A stretch of 64,000 nucleotides of DNA, from positions 117,988,001 through 118,052,000 of the forward strand of contig NC_087436.1 in assembly GCF_036321535.1 (NCBI RefSeq), given 5' to 3'. The notes under the pieces were generated by a model. It saw nothing but the letters and a program-made list of their open reading frames with translations, was not told where the DNA came from and ran no database searches. Shown piece after piece: positions 11,181-23,841 of the stretch (positions are counted from its first letter, which is position 1; each line of letters starts with the position of its first letter). Position numbers and translations under genes: made by a program. Source of the DNA: Camelus dromedarius (Eukaryota).

Positions 11181-12603
11181 CACAACACCCAGCACCCTGC
11201 ACCCGAATCAGTAGTAGCATTTTGAGCAATATGTGTCCTCAGCATGCACCTTCCAGAAAGTGAGTCATATCTGACTCATTTTGCAGTAATGATTCAGTCC
11301 CCTCTTCACTTGTAATCAAAACAACACCTTTCTTCTTCTGTGTAGGTATGGTGCTGGAGGGGGTAAACTTGCTGAATCATCCCAGAACTCTCCATTTGAA
11401 ACTGGATGGAGGAGGACGAGGTTTGGGAGGGAGGAGGAGGGAGGAGTTGGCAGTTTGGGGAGCCTGAGGCAAGAGACCCCTACGGGGACTCACAGGAGCT
11501 GGGCTAGAAATGTGTGATGGGAGGGTGGGAAGAGGAAGGTGGGGGGAGGGAGGCTGCTCCGCCTGGCGAAAACGTTCTATTGAGTACACAGGCTGGAGCA
11601 GAGAATTCTGTGAAGATGCCAACAAGAAGGGAACACATGGAATAAAAAAAATACGTGGAACAGAAAGCACAAATCTCCAGAAGGACATTTGAAGAGATGT
11701 GCAAAAGGGCAAAGATGCCAGAGACATCCTTTCCCAGCCTGAGACCCTTCCACCTTTATTTCTTCCTTTTCTCAAACAGCAGATAGAATTGCCAGGTGAA
11801 GGCGCCGTAAGGAGGTCAGATACGTTTCTTCCAGCAGGAGGCCAGCAGGTGGTGTCCCATGAAGATAATTTCTGGCACCTGGAGTTGATCAGCGCTCAGC
11901 TGCCTCTGGGGTGCAGTGGGTAGTGGAGGACTCAGCCCTCCTCCAGGCCCAGGCCAGGAGCTGGGCTATGGGATGTGGGGCTGCACTGCTGTGGACCAAC
12001 CCTAAGTACCCTGCTGGGGTTGGGGGTGTGGACCAGGGAGGGGAGTACTCAGGCTTCGGAGGTTCTGGAACCGAGAAGCTGTGTGGCCCTGGCCAGATTC
12101 TTTCCCTTTCTGAGCGTCTTGGGCAAATGTCTAAGCTCCCTCCCTGCCCCTTGAATTCCCACAGCCACAATGCAAGTCCTGAAAAGTCGTCCAAAGGAGT
12201 CTTACCAGGTCATTCCTCCATCAATGAACAGAGCAGTGGGCTTAGGGTCTGTGAGTATCGATCCTGTCACTTCTTGGATGGATTACCTTTGTGAATTACT
12301 AAACCTGAGTATAGCTTTCTCCCAAAACTTCCCTCTGTGTTAAAGAGCAAAGTTCAGGAAGAAATGGTACTTTATGCTAGAAATGTGAAGAAAAAAAAAA
12401 CGAATAATTTATCATTTATTGCAAGATGATTTCAGTTATTCCACTGAATGGAATGGTTATATTTGCACATTAAATTCTGGAATATTGGAAGCATGCAAAA
12501 AAAAAAAAAGACGGAGAATGATAAATAAGCATCACTACTCAGATCCAGTGAATATTAACATTTTGTCGTGCACACTGAAGTTCTTAAAATATCAAACATT
12601 ACT

Positions 12604-12797
12604 TTTTTATGTCCATGAGTCTATTTCTACTTTGTTTAGCCCAGGAAACTATATTCAGTTTCTTGTAATAAGCTATAATGGAAAATAATATGAAAATATA
12701 TGTATGTATATGTATAACTGAATCACTTTGCTGTACACCTGAAACTAACACTGTAAGTCAACTACACTTCAATTTTTTTTTAAAAAAAGGAAAATAA
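12604..12797 (+). mobile_element. Short L1 3' end with 5' inversion
   Basis: Sense L1 3'UTR 12637-12797 with A-rich tail; antisense L1 piece 12604-12636; TSD aaaatatcaaacattact (12586-12603) / aaaaaatcaaacatgact (12798-12815). Confidence 0.75.
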
Positions 12798-12899
12798 AAA
12801 AAATCAAACATGACTGATAAAGGTGAAATTCTGCTTCCTTCCCTGTGCTGTGTCCTCTTTCCCCTTCCCAGAAGCAACTGGTCCCATGAATGCAATGCA

Positions 12900-15050
12900 T
12901 TTCCAGGCCCTTTTTCTATGTTTCTATGAAGCTTTTGAAAGTGTTGAAAACATACAAATATCCTAAGGGAAATACACTTCTGAAATGTGTTTTCTTATTA
13001 GATGATAGTTTTTGAGATCATTGCTCACTGAATGATGGGCATCTGATTCCTTCACAGTAACTGCTGTGTAATATTTCACGGAATGAATATATCAGAGTTT
13101 ATTCATTTTTCTGAGGGGCTTTTAGGCTATTTCTTTTTCTATTTTCCATTATAGCCAATAATGAGGTGATAATGAACACCTTTGTCTGTATCTCTTGTGA
13201 GGGTTTGCCTGGGATCTCTCCCCAGAAAGGAAATAGCTTTACCAAATGTTATGGAATTGCTCTTTAAATAATTTGTCTGAATCTACCCTTCTGAAAACAG
13301 CCCGTGAGAGTTTGCGTTTCTCGTGTTCACACTAACCATTGATATTATGAGATTTTTTTTCCTTCCTGTTTGATTGGTATAAAATTGTATCACATTGCTG
13401 TTTTAACGTGCCTCTCTCTGGTTGCTAGAAAGATTCAACATCTTTTCATACACTTAAACGCCACTATGGATTCCTCTTCCACATTATGCAGTCCGCATCC
13501 TGCCCATCTTTCTATGTCTTTTTTATTGATCTGTAGGCAATCTGGGTAAGATTAGTTATGAGTTGACACATTATTTTTCCCGTCAATGGGGGTTTTCTTT
13601 TGCTTTGTTTACTGTGTCTTTTAAAGTCTTATGCTATAGTTATTGTTTATTAGTGTTACCTTTATTGGATGCACTGTTTGGATCTTGTTTAAGAATTATT
13701 TCCTTTTCCTAATAACACATGTGTTCTTCTGCCATGTGTTCTTCTAAATATTTTTAAATATTGCTTTACTTATTAAGTCTGTCATCCCTCAAGTTTATTT
13801 TTGTGTATAAGGAAGAGATCAACTTTCCATTTTTCCTAGGTGGATGGCCGGTTATCCCAGCACCATTTATTGTCCTGCTATTATTTTTCCCCTGATTTCA
13901 TCATATGTTCTCAGCAATTTACCAAATTTCATTTGTTCTGTCCTACATTTTTTTTTAATTCCTGTGTCAATATCCCAGAGTATTAATTTCTACAATTTTG
14001 TAACAAGTCTTGAACCTCATAGGGAAATTCCCCTCCCCTATTCATCTTTTAAAAAATGTATTAGTCTTTTACATTTTCCTATAAATTTTAGGCTCAGCAT
14101 AACAAGATCTGTCCTGTTGGGATGTTGACTGGATGCATTGAATCTAAGTTAATTTGAGATTCGTAAACATGGCTTATCTCTTTATTCACATAGGACACTC
14201 TTTTATGTCTTTTAATAAAATTGTATAATTTTCCCCATAAAGTTTGTACACGTATTTACTTATATTTATTCCGAGGTACCTTATGGTTTTTGCTGCTGTT
14301 GTAAATGGGATTGGTTTCTACTTGCATTTTCCAATTAGTTTTTGCTGTGATTGCTATTCATTTTGATTATTATTTATTAAATATTGACTAAAAATAATTT
14401 TTTAAAAACAGTGATAAAATGTTGAACCATTGGGTCCCCATCACTCAGTTTAAGAAAAAAGTCTGCTGTTATTTCAAAGTTCTCTGTATTGCCCGAAGGG
14501 CTAGCTTCTGCCTTGAGTTTTATTTTAAGCACTTTTGTGAACTTCTTTAAAGCTTTATCCCATGTTTCTGTCCCCCAAAATATATTTTATGCTTTGCCTG
14601 TTTTTATTCTTTACGTAAATGGAATCGTTCCACACGTTGTCTTCTGCAGGGAGATTTCCTTCTATTTCCTCCTCACTGTCGGGACCTGAGATTCAGCGTG
14701 TTATCACGTGCCTCTGTAATATGTTAATTATCGGTATCATTTACATGACTCTACAGCAACTTGTTTTTCCATTCTATCGTTGATGGACTTTTGGATTGTT
14801 TCCAGTCATCTGCTATTGTAAGCATTCTGTTGTGAACATCCTGAGACATATTTGCAGGGCACTTGTGCAAGAATTTCTCTGGGGTATGTTCTAGGGTTAA
14901 AATTGCTGGGTCATGGGGTGTACACATCTTCAAATTTACCAGGTAACACCAAATCATTTCCCCAAGTGTCGGCAGCAGAATGCCAGTTGCCTTGTGTTCT
15001 CACCAATACTTGATATTGTCATATTTTAAATTTTTAGGCATGTTTGTAGT
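12900..15050 (-). mobile_element. Ancient L1 (L1M-type) fragments
   Basis: T-rich degenerate L1 antisense motifs; ORF 14751-14957 HDPAILTL...WKQSKSPSTIEW resembles the ORF2p C-terminus. Confidence 0.7.
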
Positions 15051-15468
15051 TACATAGGGTATTTAATTGAAGATTTGCTTTTAAATCTATAAATGGAGAT
15101 AAACTGTCCTAACCCACCCATCCTCCAGTGTTGGCATCAGAGCTAAAGTTAACAAAGGGAGGAACAGACATGAAAATATTTTGTCAGTTCCAAAGTTCTC
15201 CACATACTTAAGAAGTTATCATCAATAAACTAAGAGTATCTTGGAGCATCAATATACAATGTCACAGCACAACTCCAGATCCTGCCCCTCTGGAGCTGAG
15301 TGATTGACAAGCTCAGAATGTCTGTAAAACTGTGGGCCAAAGGAAGGATGCCCAATGCTGTGACAATGGCAGGAATCTGAGCCCATTTTCTGAGGAAGGA
15401 ACGTCTTCCAGTTTCACAGTATCTTCAGCTGCGTGGATGCTGAAGCCCTGGGATCAAGATGAAGTGAA

Positions 15469-16361
15469 ACAAGGCCAATAATCACATGAAAAAATGCTCA
15501 ATAGCACTAATTATCAGAGAAATCAAATCAAATCAAAACCACAATGATGTATCACCTCACACAGGTCAGAATAAATGCTGGAGAGGGTGTAGAGAAAAGG
15601 GAACCCTCTTACACTGCTGGTGGGACTGTAGTTTGGTATCGCCATTATGGAAAACAGTATGGAGATTCCTCAAAAAACTAAAAATAGACTTACCATATGA
15701 TCCAGCAATCCCACTCCTGGGCTTATATCCAGAGGGAGCTCTAATTTGAAAAGATACATGCACCCCAATGTTCATAGCAGCACTATTTACCATAGCCAAG
15801 ACATGGAAACAACCTAAATGTCCATCAACAGATGACTGGATAAAGAAGTTGTGGTATATATAATGGAATACTACTCAGCCATAAAAAAGGATAAAATAAT
15901 GCCATTTGCAGCAACATCAATGGACCTGGAGATTGTCATTCTAAGTGAAGTAAGCCAGAAAGAGAAAGAAAAATACTATATGCTATCACTTATATGTGGA
16001 ATCTAAAAAAGAACACAAATGAACGTATTTACGAAATAAACAGATTCACAGACATAGAGAACAAACTTATGGTTACCAGCGGGGAAAGGGAGTGGGAAGG
16101 GATAAATTAGGAATTGGAGATTTACAGATGCTAAGGACTATATATAATATAGATAAACAACAGGTTTCTACTGTATAGCACAGGGAACTATATTTGCTAT
16201 CTTGTGGTAACTTGTAATGAAAAAGAACATGCAAAGGAATATGTGTATGTACATGTGTGACTGAAAAACGATGCTGTACACCAGAAATTGACACACATTG
16301 TAAACTGACTAAACTTCAATAAAAAACCAAAACACAAAACCAAAACCAAAACAAAAGGAAA
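15469..16361 (+). mobile_element. 5'-truncated LINE-1 (ORF2 C-terminus + 3'UTR + tail)
   Basis: ORF 15486-15749 [19 protein letters not shown]...[17 protein letters not shown] then (CAAAA)n tail; perfect 13-bp TSD aagatgaagtgaa at 15456-15468 and 16362-16374. Confidence 0.95.
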
Positions 16362-16593
16362 AAGATGAAGTGAATTAAAAAGCATTAACTCGAACAAGTT
16401 TATTTTGTGTGGCAGCGAGAAAATTCTTGAAAAATAAGTAGAGCTGCCTTTTAGGAATTTGATTACAAACATTTTAGAAATACATATCCAATTCCCAAAT
16501 AATGCCCAGGATACCGTCACTGTGAAGGAATATAACCTAAGTTATGACTACCGACTGGGCCATTTTCTGCATAATTGTGCTCTATTTTTCTTC

Positions 16594-16698
16594 TTTTTTT
16601 TTTGATTGAAGGACCATCAGTTACAATGTGTTAATTTCTGGTATACAGCACTATGGCCCAGTCATGCACATACATACATACATTTGTTTTCATATTTA
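16594..16698 (-). mobile_element. Very short L1 3' end fragment
   Basis: poly-T followed by gattgaag...ttacaatgtgttaatttctggtatacagca. Confidence 0.7.
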
Positions 16699-17114
16699 TT
16701 TTTCTGTTCTTTCTTTTTCTCCTCCAACACTTAATTGATTTCAGGGCAGTTCCTTACTCTGTCCTGGGAGTTCTTGATCTGGCTAGGTTTGGACCTGAAC
16801 AGTCTGCAAATGCAGAAGGTGCTTTCACATTATTAGCACTTTTTGCAAATCAATGAGGCTTAAACTATGAGAATTTTTGCCTAATAATTCTCAGTTGGTC
16901 TAAATCGCCCCTGGGTGTGAAAGTGCAATAGTGATCTCTGCAGTCAGATTGCTCCAAGATACCCTAGACTGATAACTGAGCTTTTAGGTGACCCAGGAAT
17001 GAAAGATTAGGGTTTTGTTCAGGTCTGTGCTTCTGGCTCCAGTCCAGACAGTGATGTTCTATGGAAGAGCTCAGTCAGGGCCCTGTGAGAATGACTGCCT
17101 TCAAGAGGTGGGTC

Positions 17115-17176
17115 TGTGTGTGCCTGTGTGTGTATGTGTGTGTGAGAGAGAGAGAGAGAGAGAAAGGGAGAGAGAC
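17115..17176. repeat. (TG)n(AG)n compound microsatellite
   Basis: read directly. Confidence 0.9.
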
Positions 17177-17389
17177 TGAGGTTTTGAAGCTGACCAAACC
17201 AGTAGTGAGAATTGGCATTTCCTGAAAACATAGGAACCAGGCCTCCGTGGCTGTGAGTATATGAGTGTGTAAGTAGGGTATACCTTATGGAGAAAGAGGG
17301 GGAGCAGACCACTTGGAATTGCCAGATCTCAACTGTTGACTTTTCTTGGTCTTCCCAGTAAGTTGTATCCAGTCTCCATAAATATCCAA

Positions 17390-17720
17390 ATTATAGTTGC
17401 CGAGCACCTCCTAAGTGTCAGGCACAGTGCTAGGCGCAGGGGAAAAAAACAATGAAACAAAACGGCAGGGTCCCTGCCTTCCTGGAGCTCACGGTCTAGT
17501 AGGAGAGACATAGAATAAACAAATAAACCAACGAACCTATGATCAGCCACCGCAGTGTCATAGAATGCTTTACTGAAGGCGGTGACAGTAAATAAGGTCT
17601 TTCTAGACCAAGGTGAGAGCTCCAAATTTCATTCAAAGTGGGAAGCCAAAGAAAGGTTTTCAACAGGGGAAGGGCATGGACTAATCGATGTTTTAAAAGG
17701 AGGACAAGTCACACTTGAGA
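17390..17720 (-). mobile_element. L2 3' fragment
   Basis: gagcacctcctaagtgtcaggcacagtgctagg...gtccctgccttcctggagctcacggtctagt. Confidence 0.7.
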
Positions 17721-18234
17721 GAAAGGAAGAATTCTACAGATTTCCAAGAAAAACAGCTCAACGTGTGCTTAGCCATGGAGGTCTGAAAAGATGTGAACAT
17801 TCAGGAAATACTGAGATGAAACACCTAAGGGTATGTGTGCGTGTGGTGGGGGTCAGAGAAGGCCAAGGCCAGATCAGGCGAGCCTCATGAGGAGCCAGTG
17901 TGGACACCAGGCAGAGAGATCACAGAAGTAGTTCTGCGCTTTAGAGACACGGCTCTGGCTGGTGGTGGAGGACGGACTTGGAGGCAGAGAGAAAGAAGTT
18001 GGGACCCAGGGCAGGGAGCCACTGCTGTGTCCAGGTGGGAGGCCAGGAGAAGAGTTCATCTCAAATTCTGACTTCATCTTGAAAGAGGGATTGCACAGAC
18101 TTCTGTACTGCAATTCCTCTGATGAACAGGAGCTCATAGTTTAAAAAAGTTTTGAAGTTTTTGAGAAGTTTGTAAGTTAAGTTCTTAAGCAACTGCTGCA
18201 TTTGCTTTTGCTATCAGAGCGAATTAGAACTAAT

Positions 18235-18400
18235 TAGTGCTATAGGCCAGATGTTGCAGTAAGTGCTTTAAACAGATCAATTTGTATTATCTCCCAAACA
18301 AACATATGAAGTTTTTATCATCCTCCTCATTTTACAGTTGAGAAGACCGAGGCACGAAGTGACTGAGTAAATTACCCATCGGCACACAGCTAGTAAGGGG
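18235..18400 (-). mobile_element. MIR SINE
   Basis: cctcattttacagttgagaagaccgaggcac...cacacagctagtaag. Confidence 0.7.
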
Positions 18401-18996
18401 CTCTGACTGGTTTCACTAGGTGATTAAATCAGTTGAAGAAAGAACATAGGTTCTAATGACTAACGAGCACATGAGGGGAAAACAATCCCCTTCTGAGGGG
18501 GAAGCCTCAGGGGAGAAGGACCAGTGATCACCAGACTATCACTTGGGACAAAAAGAGCTAATGATGGGATGAGGCTTATCAGAGGATGGAGTCCTGGGCA
18601 AAGGCTGGATGTCGTGTTCTGAGAAGGTTCTGAGCCAATGTCGAGGTGATGAAGAGCAAACGGAGAAGGTAAGAAGTGTGAAGAAGATGGGGCTGGCCAG
18701 TCGGCTGCGGAGAAAGAAGGCGAAGGAGCCCAAGGTGGTTCCCAAATGTCTGGCTTGACAGTGGGCTGGTTCCCATGGGGAGGAGCAGTGCCCTCATTCT
18801 GTTATATTTTTGAAGCCAAGGCAAAGAGACCTCTTCAGGAACTGACAACTTCCAACCATTGGGTCCCAATATTTCTGACTGGAAAAGGATTCTCCTTTAT
18901 GCGACCCTGATTATTACACAACTGGGGTCAGGACAGGACACAGTCTGCCTGCCTGAACCTGGTGGGCTTCACCATAATACACACCATTTATATTCT

Positions 18997-20301
18997 TCTC
19001 TTTTTAGTTATTTGTTTGTTTATTTGCTAATTTTATTGAAGTATAGCCAACTTACAATGTTGTAGTAATTTCTGGTGTACAGCACAGTGATTCATTTATT
19101 TATATATATGTTCCTTTTCATATTCTTTTTCATTATAGGCCATTAATGAGTTGGGAAGCCCCATGAATAAAACCGGCAGGACCCCCAGGCAAGGCCATTA
19201 CTCTCCTGCCAGCACCATCCGGTACCCTGGCCCAGCTGCATTATCTTGCTTTTTGCCTCTAAAATGGCTTACTTCTAGGAAAGTGGATCTTACCCCTAAG
19301 AGTCTATTGGTTCCCTGAGCTAACTCCTGATTGGTCCATTTGTATCACTCCTGATTGGTCCATTTCTATAAAGCTTGTTCCTAATTAGTCAATTTTGTTA
19401 CACCTTATTTACATATCATGTTGCAAAGTGTAGACTGGCAGCTTATAAAAGCCTGTGTAAACGTACAGATGGGGTCCAGAGCTTGGAATGTTAACTCGCT
19501 GGGCCCGGCAGCATAATAAACTTGAATTCTCCAACCCTCCAAGTGCTGCTTGGTCTCTCGCCCTCATCCAGGTTGCTGTCACAACTGAGCTGTAACACTG
19601 AGCTGTAACACACTTTGTTGCAACATTACAAGGTATTGAATATAGTTCCCTGTGCTGTATAGTAGGTCCTTGCTGTTTGTCTATTTTATATATAGTAGTT
19701 AGTACCTGCAAATCCCAAACTCCCAATTTGTCCCTTCACCCCGCCTTTTCCCCTTAGTAGCCACAGGCTGGTTTTCTATGTCTGTGAGTCTGCTTCTGTT
19801 TTGTAAATAAGTTCATTTGTGTGTTTTTTAAAGATTCCACATGTGAGTGACATCATGGTATTTTCCTTACTCCTTCTGGCTCACTTCACTTAGTATGATG
19901 ATCTCCAGGTCCATCCATGTTGCTGCAAGTGGCATTATTTTATTCTTTTTTTTTATGGCTGAGCAGTATTCTAGTATATTCCAGTATGTTTATATACCAC
20001 AGCTTCTTTATCCAGCCATCTGTTAATGGATATTTGGGTTGCTTCCATGTCTTGGCTACTGTAAATAGTGCTGCCATGAACATTGGGGCGCATGTATCTT
20101 TTCGAATTAGAGCTCCCTCCGGATATATGCCCAGGAATGGGATTGCTGGATCATTAGGTAATTCTATTTTCACTTTTTTAAGGAATCTTCATGCTGTTTT
20201 CCATAATGGCTGCACCAACTTACCTTTCCACCAATAGTGCAGGAAGATTCCCTTTTCTCCACACCGTCTCCAGCGTTTATCGTTTGTGGCCATTCTGACC
20301 G
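18997..20301 (-). mobile_element. 5'-truncated LINE-1 interrupted by a solo LTR
   Basis: L1 3'UTR/ORF2 end (ORF 19940-20173 [14 protein letters not shown]); TSD cacaccatttatattct (18980-18996) / cacaccgtttacattct (20302-20318). Confidence 0.9.
19147..19625 (+). mobile_element. ERV1-class solo LTR nested in L1
   Basis: TG...CA termini, 4-bp flanks ttaa/ttac, duplicated actcctgattggtccattt (inverted CCAAT), TATAAAA 19444-19450, AATAAA 19515-19520, tandem actgagctgtaac; L1 sequence resumes exactly on the far side. Confidence 0.85.
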
Positions 20302-21039
20302 CACACCGTTTACATTCTGACCCCACTACATTCTCAACCATGCACCATTCACCATTCAGAAGTCTCCCTGCCTCTGGCTGTGCTGTATCTCCTGCCTCCA
20401 CTCCTTTTCACCATAACACGTTCCCAGTCATATTTCAAGACTTTGTTCAAATTCTGAATCCTCTAAGAAAACTTTCCGCCCCATCTGAAGCAGAATTACT
20501 TTCTCTTCCCTCTGCCGTCTCCGTGATGTTGCATATGTCTTCTCCGCTAAACTAAGGGGAAGAATTCTTTAGTTCTGAATTCATAATAAGCACTCAGTAA
20601 ATGTGGAAGAAATGCATAAACAAATAATGCCCGAAATGTGCAAGTCAGTCCTTGCCTCTGCTGGTTTATTCTGCTCCCTAGAGACGGCCACGACTAGCAG
20701 AGCCGTGGCGTGAACACGCCCAGCACTTGTATGTTTATCTGGAGTCCCTTTGCCGCAACTTATCCGCTCTCTCAGGAAGTCGCTTAACCTCTGAACCCGA
20801 GTGTGTCCCCTTCACTGCAGATCGGCGTGGAAAACACCCACCCACCCAAAGGCAGCTTCACTGTGTGGTGCGGGGCGTGTGCCGGGCGTGTGCCGGGCAT
20901 GTGGCTCCACACTCATCATCTGTCAGGAAGGGGTAGATGCTGGGGGGTGGGTAACAAAGGGTTAGTTGTTGCATAATTTTCCTTTATGAAGGGGTTGTTC
21001 CTTGAAAGAGTGATCGTTGTGGGCTGGAGAAGATGGGGA

Positions 21040-21210
21040 GAGTGTGGGCCTTGGAGCCTTTGAGTTCAGTCTAGGCTCCCCATGTACCAGCTGGTGACCT
21101 GAGGCTAGTTACCTAGTCTACGTGAGCCTCAGCCGCCTATGACGTCCATTCCTAGGGCTGTCGTGAGGACTCAGGGGACTGCTGTTTGTGTTAAGTGTCA
21201 GGTACTAGGC
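21040..21210 (+). mobile_element. MIR SINE
   Basis: gggccttggagcc...ccagctggtgacctgaggctagttacc...gagcctcag...gggctgtcgtgaggact. Confidence 0.6.
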
Positions 21211-21444
21211 TGCCGTGCGTACAGCCTGTCCCCAAACACAAATCGGAGCTTCTCCTAATACTTCAAGGACAGACATTCACACAGGGCGACTGAAGCAGAC
21301 CCAGAAACACCCCTGCTTGATGGACAGAGGGAGAAAGGTGCATCTTGCTGAAAGCAGCAACTTGCAGACGGCATGCAGGAAGCACCCCGCCGTCCACCTT
21401 GGACCAATTCAGCAGGACACGTGTTTCTCACTGTCAAGATAGTC

Positions 21445-21450
21445 TTTATT
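21445..21450 (-). terminator. CYTL1: CYTL1 polyadenylation signal AATAAA
   Basis: tttatt on + strand, ~540 nt downstream of the stop codon; first AATAAA I see after the stop on the gene strand. Confidence 0.75.
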
Positions 21451-21987
21451 TGATCTTTCAATGAAAGAGTGGTTCCGTTAGCACTATGTAATTACGAACC
21501 TTGCAAATACATCTTACAGGCAGTGAAATTTCTTTAAAAATGAAAGATAACTGTAAGAAAAATTTGTAGTGGGGTATAAAATAGAAACTTGGTTAAATGT
21601 AAGCAGGTTTCTATCAAGAAAGAAAAATGGTACCACTACTCCATTAAAGTCATACTACAAACGTTCTGTTTTGCTTGTTCTCAAGCTAGTTGTTCATCAA
21701 AGAGAAGCAAAGAGAAGCTGGTCAGCCCTTTCCTTCTTAGTGACCAAATACACGTACCTGTGTATCTAACCACCCTGGCGAGACAAAACCAAGGTGGGTG
21801 AAAAGCAAGGCTTCTAACTATGTTCAAAATCGGTTCCAGGGTAGGAGCACAAGCCCTGCTTCCCAAAAGGTGGAGAGACACGTAACAACCTCAGGGAGAC
21901 TCGAGGGGGCCGTGGCCTTGGCCCACTGTGTCTGGGCAGCTGACATAACTTCGGCCCCCTTGGGTTCTCTCTCTGGTCTGAGCTGCC

Positions 21988-22071
21988 TTAGCTCTGATGA
22001 CCTGGCAGGCCCGCCGTCACTAGGATTGGGTATTCCAAGGCATTGCAGTCATCCGACAGGAACACCAGATC
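21988..22071 (-). CDS. CYTL1: Cytokine-like protein 1, exon 4 (DLVFLSDDCNALEYPILVTAGLPGHQS*)
   Basis: Acceptor cttttccag|GAT, stop TAA at 21990-21988; matches the CYTL1 C-terminal DLVFLxDDCNALEYPI. Confidence 0.96.
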   Translation of the reverse strand, partial: DLVFLSDDCNALEYPILVTAGLPGHQS

Positions 22072-23333
22072 CTGGAAAAGATATGCAATGAGCAGGAATG
22101 TCACTGAAGGTGGCCACAGAGCCCACGCACAATTGTAGAACTCCTGGTTATCCTCAAAGACTGCTCAGTTGTTCCCCTTTGTGGGAAACCTTCCCATCAC
22201 TCATCCCCCAAGGAGAGCTGGTCACATCTTTCTTCAACTTCCTGTAGAATCTCACATATCCTTTTATTACTGAATTCACGCATACACTGGTCGACCAGAT
22301 GGGTAGATAGATAGATGGGTGAGGAAGTCACTGAATAAACAAGCTTCAATTACTGAGGAGCAACCCTGGGCCGGGCACTGGGGGTACCATGAGGGACAGC
22401 ACTCGATCTCACCTTCAGACGCTTCAGCGTCAATAACAGCACTGCTCAGACTGTACCATACTTCCAACTGTATTTTCTTCCTGCCTCCCCATCACGACCA
22501 AGGGGAGAGGGGAATGAGGAGGGAAGTGGGTGTGGGAGGAAAGGCATGTCTAATCTTTGATGCATAGTGACAAAGAAATCTTAATAAAAATTAAAACTAA
22601 AAAGCTTAATAGCTACTTCTTAAAGTGTCCTGGGCTAGGCCTGGTTCTAGGAATTCTATGTGGTCACCTTGCCAGGGTACTTAGGACCAAGGGAGCTACT
22701 ACAGTGCCCACCGCACACACGGTCAGGGAGTAACTGTAGTATCTTCCAATGGCCTCATGAGATGGGCACTATTCACGAAGTGGAAACTGGCTCAGAGAGC
22801 TGAGGGGACGCTCACAACGTGGGAAGCTGGGAGATGAAGACAGGAGCTCAGCTCTGCGTGATGCTGAAGCCTGTGCCCCCAGGACCACATGACTACTTTC
22901 TCCATCTTAACTAGCGCTGATTCTCTACGCTTCCTGTCTCTTCCCCTCTCCTGCCAGAACCCTCCCATCACAGAGTGCACGAAACCACCTCCCAGGAAGT
23001 CTTCTTGACTCTGGGCCTCCGGGGGTTCTCAGAATTCCACAGCCCTCTCCCCATGTCCCCACCCTATTTGGCTCCCGGCTGAGTCTGTCCTGTATGGTTG
23101 GCATGTGGTGCTGGGGGTTGTCCCCAGGCAACGTGGAGCTGGTGTTGGTGAGGAGCCTTGTCCCGAGTCCCCATCCCTTACCAAGGCCAACAGGGTTGAG
23201 GAAGGGCTCTGTGAACTGGAAGCAGCCCATGACTACTTCTCTTCCTCCTCCACGTCCCCCTCTTCTCCTAACCCTTCTCTTAAAGTCTTGGCTGATAACA
23301 AGTAGAAAAAGAATTTTCATTGGTGGCACTTAC

Positions 23334-23462
23334 TCTCCTGCAGAACGAGTTCATGATGGTGTATAGTTTCCTCACTTTCTCCTTCAGGGCATCCACTTGG
23401 GTCACTTTCCAACACTGGGGCGATGCCGCAAAGTCCCGCAGCTTGGCCAGCACACAGTAATT
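23334..23462 (-). CDS. CYTL1: Cytokine-like protein 1, exon 3 (NYCVLAKLRDF...IMNSFCRR)
   Basis: 129 nt; acceptor ttcctag|AAT, donor AGA|gtaagt; phase 0. Confidence 0.97.
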
Positions 23463-23593
23463 CTAGGAATGGACGACAGGGAGGGGTCTCACAGGAGAAG
23501 TCTGTAGCCGGGTCTGAGGACTCCTGGTCCTTCTGCACAGGATCTCTCCCCACCCCCATGCCTCCCCCAGGCAGGCAGGCAGGCCCCTCTTAC

Positions 23594-23638
23594 GTGTATA
23601 TCCAGGTACAGTCTGGGCAGGTATCTCACACATGGCTC
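23594..23638 (-). CDS. CYTL1: Cytokine-like protein 1, exon 2 (EPCVRYLPRLYLDIH)
   Basis: 45 nt; acceptor tttctgcag|GAG, donor CAC|gtaaga; peptide visible in ORF 23489-23698. Confidence 0.97.
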
Positions 23639-23841
23639 CTGCAGAAAGGGATACAGGTTGCCTTGACGCCCACAGGGACACATCCTCCACCTGGTCATAG
23701 AAGGCTCCCTGCCAACCCATCAGCTGCCAGACCAGCCCCAGATCCCCGGGGCCCTCCTTGATGCCGACACGCACGGTACTTTCTTATAGCTCATGCCACA
23801 GTCCTTCAAGGCAAACTGCTCTTCTAGAATTTGACTTTTAG

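Noticed and set aside
10600..11229. 209-aa minus-strand ORF
   Set aside because: CpG-island artefact with no recognisable domain
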